Positions 17,109 to 26,396 of a stretch of 64,000 nt of DNA are shown here, piece by piece. The stretch spans positions 132,976-196,975 of the forward strand of contig CANTCS010000001.1 in NCBI GenBank assembly GCA_947652375.1, written 5' to 3'. Under the pieces are notes generated by a model. The model searched no databases. It saw only the letters and a program-made list of their open reading frames with translations, and was not told the DNA's origin. This stretch comes from an uncultured Mollicutes bacterium (lineage in GTDB: Bacteria; Bacillota_I; Bacilli_A; RF39; UBA660). The translations under genes and the position numbers were made by a program. Position 1 is the stretch's first letter; each line of letters starts with the position of its first letter.

Positions 17109-17798
17109 TTATTTTTTTTCAAGTGTTTTAGTAATTATTTTCTTAGCTATTTCTTGATATCCTATATTATTTGGATAATTAAGATGAGGATTTGGAAAAT
17201 ATTTTTCTCGATTTGAAAGTAAATTATATGTATCTATGTAGGTAACTTCCTTAGAATTAGATAAAGTTTCATTAAGTTTTCTTATACCTTTGTTTAAATA
17301 ATAACTTTCTTTATTAGAACAATAATATCCTATTACGATAATATCTCTTTTATAAAATCTTCTAATTTCTTTTATCATATCATTATAATCATCTGAAATT
17401 TCATTTATTACTTCATTTAGATTTTTCATATTAATTTTTTCTTTGAGGCTTAATTTATAAAGAAGGTCATTGTAACCTATAGCTAGAATTAAAAGATTAG
17501 ATTCAGATAATGTTTTTTTTATATTTGGATTATTTTTAACTTGTTCTAATAAAATGTTTATTGTTAAATCTTTTTTATTAAAATTGTTTTCAATATAGAC
17601 ACTTTTATTTTGAGCATTAATATAATCTTTTATATACTCAATATAACCGGATTCCTTTATGCCATATGGATTTACTCCTATAGCTAAATTATCTCCTATA
17701 TTGGTAATATTAAATACACTATTTTTTGTATTTTGATATATAAAATATACAGAACAACTTAAAAGAATAAGTATAATTAGTTTTTTTAATTTATGCAT
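17109..17798 (-). CDS. Secreted SGNH/GDSL-like hydrolase
   Basis: Signal peptide. ILAIGYNDL (GxND block). Confidence 0.5.
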   Translation of the reverse strand: MHKLKKLIILILLSCSVYFIYQNTKNSVFNITNIGDNLAIGVNPYGIKESGYIEYIKDYINAQNKSVYIENNFNKKDLTINILLEQVKNNPNIKKTLSESNLLILAIGYNDLLYKLSLKEKINMKNLNEVINEISDDYNDMIKEIRRFYKRDIIVIGYYCSNKESYYLNKGIRKLNETLSNSKEVTYIDTYNLLSNREKYFPNPHLNYPNNIGYQEIAKKIITKTLEKK

Positions 17799-17833
17799 TT
17801 TTTCCTCCTAAAAAAAGAAATATAACTATTAAA

Positions 17834-19087
17834 TTATATTTCTTTAATCTTTATTTTAGCACCAACATTAGTTAGTTTCTCGACAATTTGTTCATAACCT
17901 CTCAATATGTGTTCTGCATTTGTAATTGTAGTTTTCCCTTCTGCTTTTAAAGCTGCCGCTACCATTGAGGCACCTGCACGAAGATCAGTTGCGACTACTT
18001 GAGATCCTTTTAATTTTGATGGGCCCAAGATAGTAGCAGTTTGATTTTTTATTTCTACATCAGCGCCTAATTCTTTTAAATAGGGAACATGCATAAAACG
18101 ATTTTCAAAAATTGTTTCGGTTGTTTTACTTTTTCCATCACATTGTGTTTGTAAAACAGTAAATGGTTGTTGTAAGTCTGTTGGAAATCCAGGGTAAACT
18201 GCTGTTTTAATGCTTGTAGACTTATAGTAATTATTTCTTGATGTAATTACATAGTCAGCTCCTATTTCTAAGTCCACACCCATTTCTTCTAATTTAGAAA
18301 GCAAAGCATCTAAATGCTCTGGTATAACATTATCTATTTTTAGAGGATTTCCACACAATGCACCTATTATTATATAAGTACCTGCTTCTATTCTATCTGG
18401 TATTACTTCATGAAAACATTTGTGAAGGTAATCTACGCCCTCAATTTTAATGGTTGAGGTCCCTGCACCTGTAATCTTGGCCCCCATATTATTTAAAAAT
18501 GTGGCAACATTTACAATTTCTGGTTCTTTAGCAGCATTATCGATAATTGTAGTTCCTTTTGCTTTTACAGCGGCTAACATTATGTTAATTGTTGCTCCTA
18601 CTGAAGCTATATCTAAATATATATTTGCTCCATGCAATTCTTCTGCTTCAACTATATATTTATTTAATTCATTTTTTACTGTTGCTCCTAAAGCTTCAAA
18701 TCCTTTTAAATGTAAATCTATAGGTCTAGCGCCTATGGAACATCCTCCTGGAAAATACATTACAGCTTTTTTATATTTCCCTAACAAAGCTCCCATAAAA
18801 TAATAGGATGCTCTTAACTTTTTTGAAAATTCTTCTTTTATTTCAATATTTTTTATATTAGTTGGATCTATTATCATACTTTCACTTGCTCTTTTTACAT
18901 TAACATTTAATGATGAAAGAATATCGCATAGAGCATCTGTATCAGTTATTTCTGGTATATTACAAATTGTTGCTTCTTCATCAGTCAAAATTGCAGCTGG
19001 AATTAATGCAACTGTTGCGTTTTTAGCACCACTTATTCTGATAGTGCCATTAAGGTCATTTCCACCTTCTATTTCCATTATCTTCAT
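17834..19087 (-). CDS. murA: UDP-N-acetylglucosamine 1-carboxyvinyltransferase
   Basis: 417 aa, MKIMEIEGGNDLNGTIRISGAKNA... canonical MurA. Confidence 0.95.
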   Translation of the reverse strand: MKIMEIEGGNDLNGTIRISGAKNATVALIPAAILTDEEATICNIPEITDTDALCDILSSLNVNVKRASESMIIDPTNIKNIEIKEEFSKKLRASYYFMGALLGKYKKAVMYFPGGCSIGARPIDLHLKGFEALGATVKNELNKYIVEAEELHGANIYLDIASVGATINIMLAAVKAKGTTIIDNAAKEPEIVNVATFLNNMGAKITGAGTSTIKIEGVDYLHKCFHEVIPDRIEAGTYIIIGALCGNPLKIDNVIPEHLDALLSKLEEMGVDLEIGADYVITSRNNYYKSTSIKTAVYPGFPTDLQQPFTVLQTQCDGKSKTTETIFENRFMHVPYLKELGADVEIKNQTATILGPSKLKGSQVVATDLRAGASMVAAALKAEGKTTITNAEHILRGYEQIVEKLTNVGAKIKIKEI

Positions 19088-19111
19088 TTATATACCTCCA
19101 AAATAGTCTTT

Positions 19112-19954
19112 TTAATTTGTTTTAAATAAAGTTACAATCTCTCTTATTCTTTTTTTAACTGCTTCTTCGCCACTATTTATTATTTTTCGTGGGTCATATA
19201 CAGAACTATCATTTTGTAATTTTTCTCTTACTTGTTTACTCCATACTACTTGTAAATCTGTATTGATATTAATTTTAGAAATACCATTTTCAATTGCTTG
19301 TTCAATTTTATCATTTGGTATACCAGTTCCTCCATGTAACACTAAAGGGATTGGTAAATTTTTATTTATTAAATTCATTGTTTCAAAATCTAAATTTGGT
19401 TCACCTTTATAAAAGCCGTGCACACTTCCTAATGCAGGAGCAATTGCATCAATTTTTGTTAGATTATAAAGTTCTAAGCATTCTTCTAAAGTGGCATTAG
19501 TTTCTTTTGAAGATAAATTATCTTCTGTTCCTCCTATATGCCCTACTTCTGCTTCAACTGAAACACCTTTCTTATGAGCATATTCAACTACTTCTTTTGT
19601 TATTTTAATATTTTCTTCTAATTTATTACGAGAGGCATCTATCATTACTGATGTAAATCCAGCATCAATAGCCTCTTTACAAATATTAATTGTTGAGCCA
19701 TGATCGATATGTAAACAAATAGGAATAGTTATTTTTAAATCTTTTATTAAGCCTTTTACCATCCCAACTATAGTATTATAACCACCCATATATTTAGCAG
19801 CACCTTCGCTAACTCCTAAAATTACTGGAATATTTAATTCTTGACATTCTTCTAAAATATATTTTGTCCACTCTAAATTATTTATATTAAAGTGGGGTAT
19901 TGCATAATGTTCTTCTTTTGCTTTTAGTAGCATTTCATTAAAGTTTACTAACAT
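19112..19954 (-). CDS. fba: Class II fructose-bisphosphate aldolase
   Basis: ...HFNINNLEWTKYILE...LHIDHGS... Confidence 0.92.
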   Translation of the reverse strand: MLVNFNEMLLKAKEEHYAIPHFNINNLEWTKYILEECQELNIPVILGVSEGAAKYMGGYNTIVGMVKGLIKDLKITIPICLHIDHGSTINICKEAIDAGFTSVMIDASRNKLEENIKITKEVVEYAHKKGVSVEAEVGHIGGTEDNLSSKETNATLEECLELYNLTKIDAIAPALGSVHGFYKGEPNLDFETMNLINKNLPIPLVLHGGTGIPNDKIEQAIENGISKININTDLQVVWSKQVREKLQNDSSVYDPRKIINSGEEAVKKRIREIVTLFKTN

Positions 19955-20034
19955 AAAATCACCCAACTTAATCATAATTTAATTACATCTCTTTGTCAAT
20001 TAACTATGATTAATTATAATTTATTTGTCGTAAA

Positions 20035-20571
20035 TTATTTGAAAATTAAATATTTTAAAGCAATTAAAAACATTAAAAGAATTCCAAAGTTAGTAGTTTT
20101 TTCTTGATATTTTTCTGTTAAAATTTTTCCTAATTTTAAACCATAATATGTAAATATAGAACTAACTATAGAAAAGATTATTCCAGCTATTACGGTTGAT
20201 TCTTTAGTTATACCAAAAGCTATTCCTACAGAAAAACTATCTAAACTAACTGAAATTGCAAAAAGAAAAATGGAAAATATATTTAAAATATCTGCTTTTT
20301 CTTCTTTATCTTTATTTAAATACATTTGAATTGCTAAGACTAAAAATATAGTAAAAGTAATATAATTTGTTTTTAAGTAGAGTGCATTTGAAAAAAAACT
20401 GCCGATAGTACTTCCTAATAAAGGCATTAAAAAATGAAATATCCCAACGATAAGTGCTGTTTTGATTATTTGACTTTTTGTTGGTGAAGTTGTGCCAATT
20501 GAAAGTGATAAAGAAAAAGTGTCCATACTAAGACTTAATCCCATAAAAAAATATATAAGAGTTTGTAACAT
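20035..20571 (-). CDS. DUF204 membrane protein (MntP/YtaF-like putative Mn efflux pump)
   Basis: Duplicated SMDTFSLSLSIG / SLDSFSVGIAFG motifs. Confidence 0.6.
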   Translation of the reverse strand: MLQTLIYFFMGLSLSMDTFSLSLSIGTTSPTKSQIIKTALIVGIFHFLMPLLGSTIGSFFSNALYLKTNYITFTIFLVLAIQMYLNKDKEEKADILNIFSIFLFAISVSLDSFSVGIAFGITKESTVIAGIIFSIVSSIFTYYGLKLGKILTEKYQEKTTNFGILLMFLIALKYLIFK

Positions 20572-20595
20572 TTTATCACCTTATATATTCTATTC

Positions 20596-21105
20596 TTAAA
20601 AGTATTTATCCATTACTTCTTTTATTAAAGATTTATATTCAATATCATTTTCCTCATCAATCATACATAGCGGAGGAAATAAAACACACCAAAAGTTTTT
20701 TCCTTGTCCGTTTCCTAAAGTTATTACTAATGATTCATATTCTCCTGCTTCATATATGACATCATTATATATTTTTTCAGGAAAATAATTTTTTCCATAA
20801 TTTATGTGGAAAGTTCTATTTTGATTCTTTTCTTTTAAAGTTTTATCCACAACTTTTTCTAATTGAGGAAGATTATTATTGATAAATTCCCTTGTTTCAT
20901 CGATTGTTTTTAAGTTATTTGATTGATTTATTGTTGTGGAAAGATTTGCAACTATCTCTTTTTTTAAATTTTGATCTTCAACTGTATCACTATTGGCTAT
21001 TATTCTAAATCTTATAGATTCTTTAGGAATAACTATTGTTTCTTCATCTTTATTAATAACTAAAATAGATATGGCTATAGCTAAAATTATAATAAGTTTT
21101 TTCAT
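20596..21105 (-). CDS. spoIIR: Stage II sporulation protein R
   Basis: VIPKESIRFRIIANSDTVEDQNLK and YEAGEYESLVITLGNGQGKNFWCVLFPPLC match SpoIIR signature blocks. Located next to prmC as in Bacillus. Confidence 0.8.
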   Translation of the reverse strand: MKKLIIILAIAISILVINKDEETIVIPKESIRFRIIANSDTVEDQNLKKEIVANLSTTINQSNNLKTIDETREFINNNLPQLEKVVDKTLKEKNQNRTFHINYGKNYFPEKIYNDVIYEAGEYESLVITLGNGQGKNFWCVLFPPLCMIDEENDIEYKSLIKEVMDKYF

Positions 21106-21151
21106 AGAAAAACCTCGCTTTCATATTAATAGTGAGGTTTTTTTAAAATTT

Positions 21152-21976
21152 TTATACATTATTTTTTAAAATAAATAACATTCGGTCTTTTCCAGATAAA
21201 TCTTTTTTTACAATAATTTCAATATTTTTTAATTCTTCTTTTGCTATTTCTGAAATAGCTTGTGCTTGAGTGAAGCCAATTTCAAAGGCAATTATACTTT
21301 TATCTTTTAAATAAGGATTTACATTTTTTAAAATTTTTTTATAACAATCTAGACCATCATCACCAGCATATAAAGCAATATGAGGTTCATTATTTTTAAC
21401 AATATCTTCTATTTCCTCATTTGTTTTTATATAAGGAGGATTACTGATAATAATATCGTACTTTTTAGAGACATTGTTTAAAAAATCACTTTCTATAATT
21501 TTAGCTTTAGAATTTAGTAATTGACAATTTTTTTGTGTTACTTCTAGGGCGTCTTTATTAATATCTACTAAATCCACAGAATTTGTTGAAACTTTTTTTT
21601 CTAATGTCAGTCCTATTACACCACTACCACATCCTAAATCAAGAATATCCACAGGTTCTGTGAAATATTTATTAATAAATTCTATTGTATTTTCAACTAA
21701 TTCTTCTGTTTCAAATCGTGGAATTAAAACTTTTTCGTTAATTAAAAATTTGTTTCCGTAAAAATTTACAGAACCTATTACATATTGTAGTGGTTTATTA
21801 TTTGCTAAAGCTAATATCTCCTGTTTATATAGTTGGCATATTTCTTCTTTTACTTGAACTGATAAATCAACTAGTAATTCTAAAGGATTTTTTCCTAGTA
21901 ATTCTGCTAAAAGTATTTTAGCATGATCAGAATGACAATGGCTTTTGCCATATACTAAAAGTTCTTCTATAGTCAT
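21152..21976 (-). CDS. prmC: Release factor glutamine N5-methyltransferase
   Basis: NPPY motif (IISNPPYIKT). SAM-binding LDLGCGSG. Confidence 0.9.
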   Translation of the reverse strand: MTIEELLVYGKSHCHSDHAKILLAELLGKNPLELLVDLSVQVKEEICQLYKQEILALANNKPLQYVIGSVNFYGNKFLINEKVLIPRFETEELVENTIEFINKYFTEPVDILDLGCGSGVIGLTLEKKVSTNSVDLVDINKDALEVTQKNCQLLNSKAKIIESDFLNNVSKKYDIIISNPPYIKTNEEIEDIVKNNEPHIALYAGDDGLDCYKKILKNVNPYLKDKSIIAFEIGFTQAQAISEIAKEELKNIEIIVKKDLSGKDRMLFILKNNV

Positions 21977-21979
21977 TTC

Positions 21980-22531
21980 TTACCTTTTTTTTACTTTTTG
22001 TTGTCTTTTATTTTTTTCAGATAAGGCTTGATAAGCATTTTCTTCTAATGGCGTTCTTAAATTAGAAAGTTTTAAATCTAATTTAGCAGTTGCTTCATTT
22101 TTTAGACAAATTTGTGGAGTAATTTCCTTACATTTTCGACATTCTACATGGCGTTCACTATATTGTTCTGTCTCTTGTAATGTAGATTCTTCTACTAAAT
22201 TAATACTATAACAAGCAAGACAAATATATTGATTAAGAATACTATTTTCTATATCAATTTTTTCAGGTGAAATTATATAATTAAAATTTTCAGTTTTTTG
22301 ACCTTGGTTATCATTAAATACTATTTGTTTAGAGGTTTCTTTGAATTGTGTTTTTTTTGTTAATTCTGATAGAGTTTCTTTATTTCTTCCAACTTTTTCT
22401 AGTTTTGAAGATTGTTCATCTAATAAATTAAATAGAGATTCTAGTTTTTTTACTTCTTTTTTTCTCTTTTCTTTATTTTTTCTTATACTTAATTTTTTTA
22501 ATTTTTTATGTGTATTATTATTTTTACTCAT
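21980..22531 (-). CDS. Highly basic hypothetical protein with CxxC...CxxC zinc-ribbon, embedded between prfA and prmC
   Basis: 183-aa ORF overlapping the prfA stop by 8 nt and ending 4 nt before prmC. Confidence 0.45.
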   Translation of the reverse strand: MSKNNNTHKKLKKLSIRKNKEKRKKEVKKLESLFNLLDEQSSKLEKVGRNKETLSELTKKTQFKETSKQIVFNDNQGQKTENFNYIISPEKIDIENSILNQYICLACYSINLVEESTLQETEQYSERHVECRKCKEITPQICLKNEATAKLDLKLSNLRTPLEENAYQALSEKNKRQQKVKKR

Positions 22532-23585
22532 TTCCTTCTAGCTTCCTTTTCTGATCTTCTTGGATTAGAGCATTTATAACATTATCTAAGTCTCCATCCA
22601 TTACTCGATCTAAGTTTTTAGTTGTGAAACCAATACGATGATCAGTTACTCTATTTTGTGGGTAGTTATATGTTCTAATTTTTTCTGCTCGATCTCCTGT
22701 TCCAATTTTACTACGTCTTTCATTTCCTTCTTTTTCTGCTTTTTCTTGTTCTTGTAATTCATAAAGACGTGTTTTTAATACTTTCATAGCTTGTTCTTTA
22801 TTTTGAATTTGACTTCTTTCATTTTGGCATGTGACTACTGTATTTGTTGGTAAATGGGTAATTCTTACAGCCGAATCTGTTGTATTAACACCTTGACCTC
22901 CACAACCACTTGATCTATAAATATCAATTCTTAAGTCATTTGGATTTAAGTCTATTTCAATATCTTCATCTGCTTCTGGCATTACAAGAACAGTTGCTGT
23001 TGAAGTTTGAAGGCGACCATTAGATTCTGTTACAGGTACTCTTTGAACTCGATGAGAGCCACTTTCATATTTTAATAATGAATAAGCTCCTTTTCCTTTT
23101 ATTATAAATTCTATTTGACTAAAACCGCCTGCTGTTCCATCAATAGAATTATATACTTGATAAGAAAAACCTTTCTTTTCAGCGTATCTTGTGTACATTC
23201 TAAATAAGTCTCCAGCAAAAATATTTGCTTCATCGCCACCTGCGGCTCCTCTAATTTCAACAATTACATTTTTTCCATCATTAGGATCTTTTGGAATTAA
23301 TAATATTTCTAATTCGTTATCTAAATTTTCTTTTTCTAATTCTAATTCTTTTAACTCTTCTTTTGCCATTTCTCCTAAATCGGGATCTTTTATCATTTCT
23401 TTAGTATTTTCGATATCCTCTAAAAGTTTTTTATATTTTTTATAACAGGTAACTATATCTTCTAAATCTGCCATTTCTTTAGAATATTCTCTTGTTTTTT
23501 TTATATCACTTAGGACTTCGCTTTTAGTTAATTCTTGTTCTAATTGTTGATATTTCTTTAAAGTTGTTTCTAAACGTTCAATCAT
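22524..23585 (-). CDS. prfA: Peptide chain release factor 1
   Basis: GGQ motif (SSGCGGQGVN) and PVT tripeptide (RVQRVPVTES). Confidence 0.95.
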   Translation of the reverse strand: MIERLETTLKKYQQLEQELTKSEVLSDIKKTREYSKEMADLEDIVTCYKKYKKLLEDIENTKEMIKDPDLGEMAKEELKELELEKENLDNELEILLIPKDPNDGKNVIVEIRGAAGGDEANIFAGDLFRMYTRYAEKKGFSYQVYNSIDGTAGGFSQIEFIIKGKGAYSLLKYESGSHRVQRVPVTESNGRLQTSTATVLVMPEADEDIEIDLNPNDLRIDIYRSSGCGGQGVNTTDSAVRITHLPTNTVVTCQNERSQIQNKEQAMKVLKTRLYELQEQEKAEKEGNERRSKIGTGDRAEKIRTYNYPQNRVTDHRIGFTTKNLDRVMDGDLDNVINALIQEDQKRKLEGNE

Positions 23586-23643
23586 ATTTACACCCTTTCC
23601 TGGTAATATTTTTATTATATCATATTTTATGAAAAGAACTAGA

Positions 23644-24084
23644 TTATTCCTCTAGTTCTAGTTCATCTTCGTCAATTACTACTAAATCTTTCAATTCCTC
23701 ATTTGCATCTTCATCAAAATCGGCATCATCATTATCATCATAGCTATCTTCTTCTATTTCTTCTTCTGGTTTTTCTTCTGCATCTTCTTCTTCATCGTCA
23801 TCTTCTTCTTCACTAACCTTAATTAGTTTATCTGATGTATGATTACTTCTTAAATCCCATTTTCCATCGTCTAAAAGAATAAATCTTTTATCTGTTGCTA
23901 AAGCGGTATAAAAATCTGCTATTTTTGATTCAAATGTACTTTCTGGTAATTCAAGTAATTTTATTATTTTTTTATATAAATCTGCAGTGTTAATAGTTTT
24001 TTGACTATCTTCTAAAATTAATTTTGCTATATCTTTATTTGATAGTAATTCTAAATCTTCTTTTTTCATATTTTTAAGACTCAT
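23644..24084 (-). CDS. rpoE: RNA polymerase delta subunit
   Basis: N-terminal HARE-HTH-like domain plus long D/E-rich C-terminal tail, typical of Firmicute RpoE. Confidence 0.8.
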   Translation of the reverse strand: MSLKNMKKEDLELLSNKDIAKLILEDSQKTINTADLYKKIIKLLELPESTFESKIADFYTALATDKRFILLDDGKWDLRSNHTSDKLIKVSEEEDDDEEEDAEEKPEEEIEEDSYDDNDDADFDEDANEELKDLVVIDEDELELEE

Positions 24085-24195
24085 AAATAGCCCTCCTAAT
24101 CAAAACATTATATGCTTGAAATTATCTTTTGTGTGGTATTGAAAAAATCACCAACAAAGTTATAACATATATATTATTTCTTGACAACACTTTTT

Positions 24196-25944
24196 TTACA
24201 TTTTATTTGGAACATTTATTCCTAAAATTTCTAAAAGCATATTGTTTATATTATATACTACTTTTGTTAAGACTAACCAAGATTCTTGTAATTGCTGATC
24301 TTTTTCAGTTAAAACCTTATTTTCTGCATAAAATTTATTATATAGTGAAGTTAAGTTATAAAGATATTCTGCTATTTCATTTAAAGATTTTGTTTCTAAT
24401 GATTTAGTTAGTACTTGAGATAATTGAAGAATCATTAAAGCTATATCGTTTTCTGTTTGACTATTTAATTTTCTAATAGAGTCTTGTTTTAATGTCTTAG
24501 CTTTATTTAATAAAGATTTCATTCTTATTGTAGAGTATAAAAGATAAGGACCTGTTTTACCTTCTAAATCAGCAAACTTTTCTACTTCAAAAACATAATC
24601 TGTAGCTCTAAATGGTAGGAAGTCAGCATATTTTAATGCCGCAATTGCAACTGTCTCAGCAATAGCATCTTTTTCTTCATCATTTATCGTGTCAGGATTA
24701 ATTCTTTTTAATGTCTCTTCTTTTACCAAATTTATCAGACTTTTTAAAGTCATTACTCCACCATCTCTAGTTTTAAATGGTTTACCATCTTTGCCATTCA
24801 TTGTACCAAATCCGATAAATTCTAAGTTAACTTCATCATCTATTAGACTGGCTTTTCTAGCAGCACGAAATACTTGTTCAAAATGAAGGCTTTGTCTTGC
24901 ATCAACTACATACCAGATTTCATCTGGGTTGAATTCTTTTTTTCTTTGAAGGATAGTTGCTAAGTCAGTTGTTTCATAAGAAATAGTTCCGTTTGATTTA
25001 ATAAATAATAATGGTGGCATTGGTGAAGTATCTTTTTCTTCAGCAACTTCTATAATTTTTGCGTTATCGCTAATAGTTAATAGATTTTTTTGCTCGAATA
25101 TTGTATTTAATTCTTCAAAATGTTCTACCGAGTCACTTTCTCCTAACCATAATTCGAAATTTACATTCAATTTATCGTATATTTTTTTGATATCTGCTTT
25201 TGATATTTCTACAACTTTCTTCCAAAGCTCATAATATCCTCTTTCTTTGTTTTGGACTTTCATTGTAATCTCTCGAGCTTCTTCTAAATAAGTTTCATCT
25301 TCTTTTGATTTTAAAGAGGCTTTTGGATAAATTTTTTCTAAGTCCACATTAGTAATAGGTAGTTCGATATCATCATAATTTCCAGTGTAATCTTTATCAA
25401 AATATTTTAAATCAGGATATAATTTTTTTATTTCAAGAATTACTAAACCTAATGGTCTTCCATAATCTCCTAAATGAGCATCTCCTAAAACTTCATAGCC
25501 TAATAGTTTTCCTAGTCTTTTCAAAGCTTCACCTAAATTAGCACTTCTTAAATGCCCTACATGTAACGCTTTTGAGACATTTGCTCCACCATAATCAATT
25601 ATAATCTTTTTATGTTCTTTTTTTTCGATATTTGAAAAAATATCTTTGTGAATGCGATTTAGTATCTCAATTTTATAATTTTCACTTAAACTTAAGTTTA
25701 TAAATCCTGGTCCAGCAATATTAATATTTGTATAATTTTCATTTTTCTTTAATTCTTCTACTATATTTGTTGCTATAATTTGAGGATTTTCATGATATGT
25801 TTTTGCAAGTTGCATAGCATCATTTAATTGATATTCTCCTAAATCTCTTCTATTAGATGGGGTCAAGGATAACTTATCTACTTCATATCCTGCTTTTTTT
25901 ACTATTTCTTTTAAATTATTCTCTAATTCTTTTAAATTACTCAT
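24196..25944 (-). CDS. argS: Arginine--tRNA ligase
   Basis: 582 aa. Class I HIGH-type motif ANVSKALHVGHLRSA. Anticodon-binding C-terminal domain ending ...NVPNKM. Confidence 0.9.
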   Translation of the reverse strand: MSNLKELENNLKEIVKKAGYEVDKLSLTPSNRRDLGEYQLNDAMQLAKTYHENPQIIATNIVEELKKNENYTNINIAGPGFINLSLSENYKIEILNRIHKDIFSNIEKKEHKKIIIDYGGANVSKALHVGHLRSANLGEALKRLGKLLGYEVLGDAHLGDYGRPLGLVILEIKKLYPDLKYFDKDYTGNYDDIELPITNVDLEKIYPKASLKSKEDETYLEEAREITMKVQNKERGYYELWKKVVEISKADIKKIYDKLNVNFELWLGESDSVEHFEELNTIFEQKNLLTISDNAKIIEVAEEKDTSPMPPLLFIKSNGTISYETTDLATILQRKKEFNPDEIWYVVDARQSLHFEQVFRAARKASLIDDEVNLEFIGFGTMNGKDGKPFKTRDGGVMTLKSLINLVKEETLKRINPDTINDEEKDAIAETVAIAALKYADFLPFRATDYVFEVEKFADLEGKTGPYLLYSTIRMKSLLNKAKTLKQDSIRKLNSQTENDIALMILQLSQVLTKSLETKSLNEIAEYLYNLTSLYNKFYAENKVLTEKDQQLQESWLVLTKVVYNINNMLLEILGINVPNKM

Positions 25945-26291
25945 TTTATCTCCTTCAATTGTAAATTAAATTTTTCATTTTCTATTTCATAAATTATATT
26001 TAAATCATTTTTATTTCTTTTTATTTTTATTGTTTTAATTAAAACATTTAACTCTTTTTTTAAATTTTTAATATAAATTTTACCTAATGTTTCTTGTTTT
26101 TCATCAAAAATATAATTAAGCTTAATATCTTTTGTTTCTCTAATTAAATTATTTGTATGATAAATAAATTTAACCATTATATCTTTATTTTCTTGATATT
26201 TTAAAATATCGTCTTGAAGAATAGCATTTGTTTTTACATTATAATTTTTTATATTGCTTTTTATTCTTACGGATATTTTTATTTTGGCCAT
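25941..26291 (-). CDS. DUF1934 (YwiB-like) protein upstream of argS
   Basis: 116 aa, overlaps the argS start. Conserved ywiB-argS arrangement. Confidence 0.55.
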   Translation of the reverse strand: MAKIKISVRIKSNIKNYNVKTNAILQDDILKYQENKDIMVKFIYHTNNLIRETKDIKLNYIFDEKQETLGKIYIKNLKKELNVLIKTIKIKRNKNDLNIIYEIENEKFNLQLKEIK

Positions 26292-26396
26292 TTATTACAA
26301 CCTCCAAATTTCTAGTTATGATTATAGCATAATATTGTTTTTTTTTATACATAATTTTTTTATTATACATAATACTAATAAAAGAATGGAGGCTTT

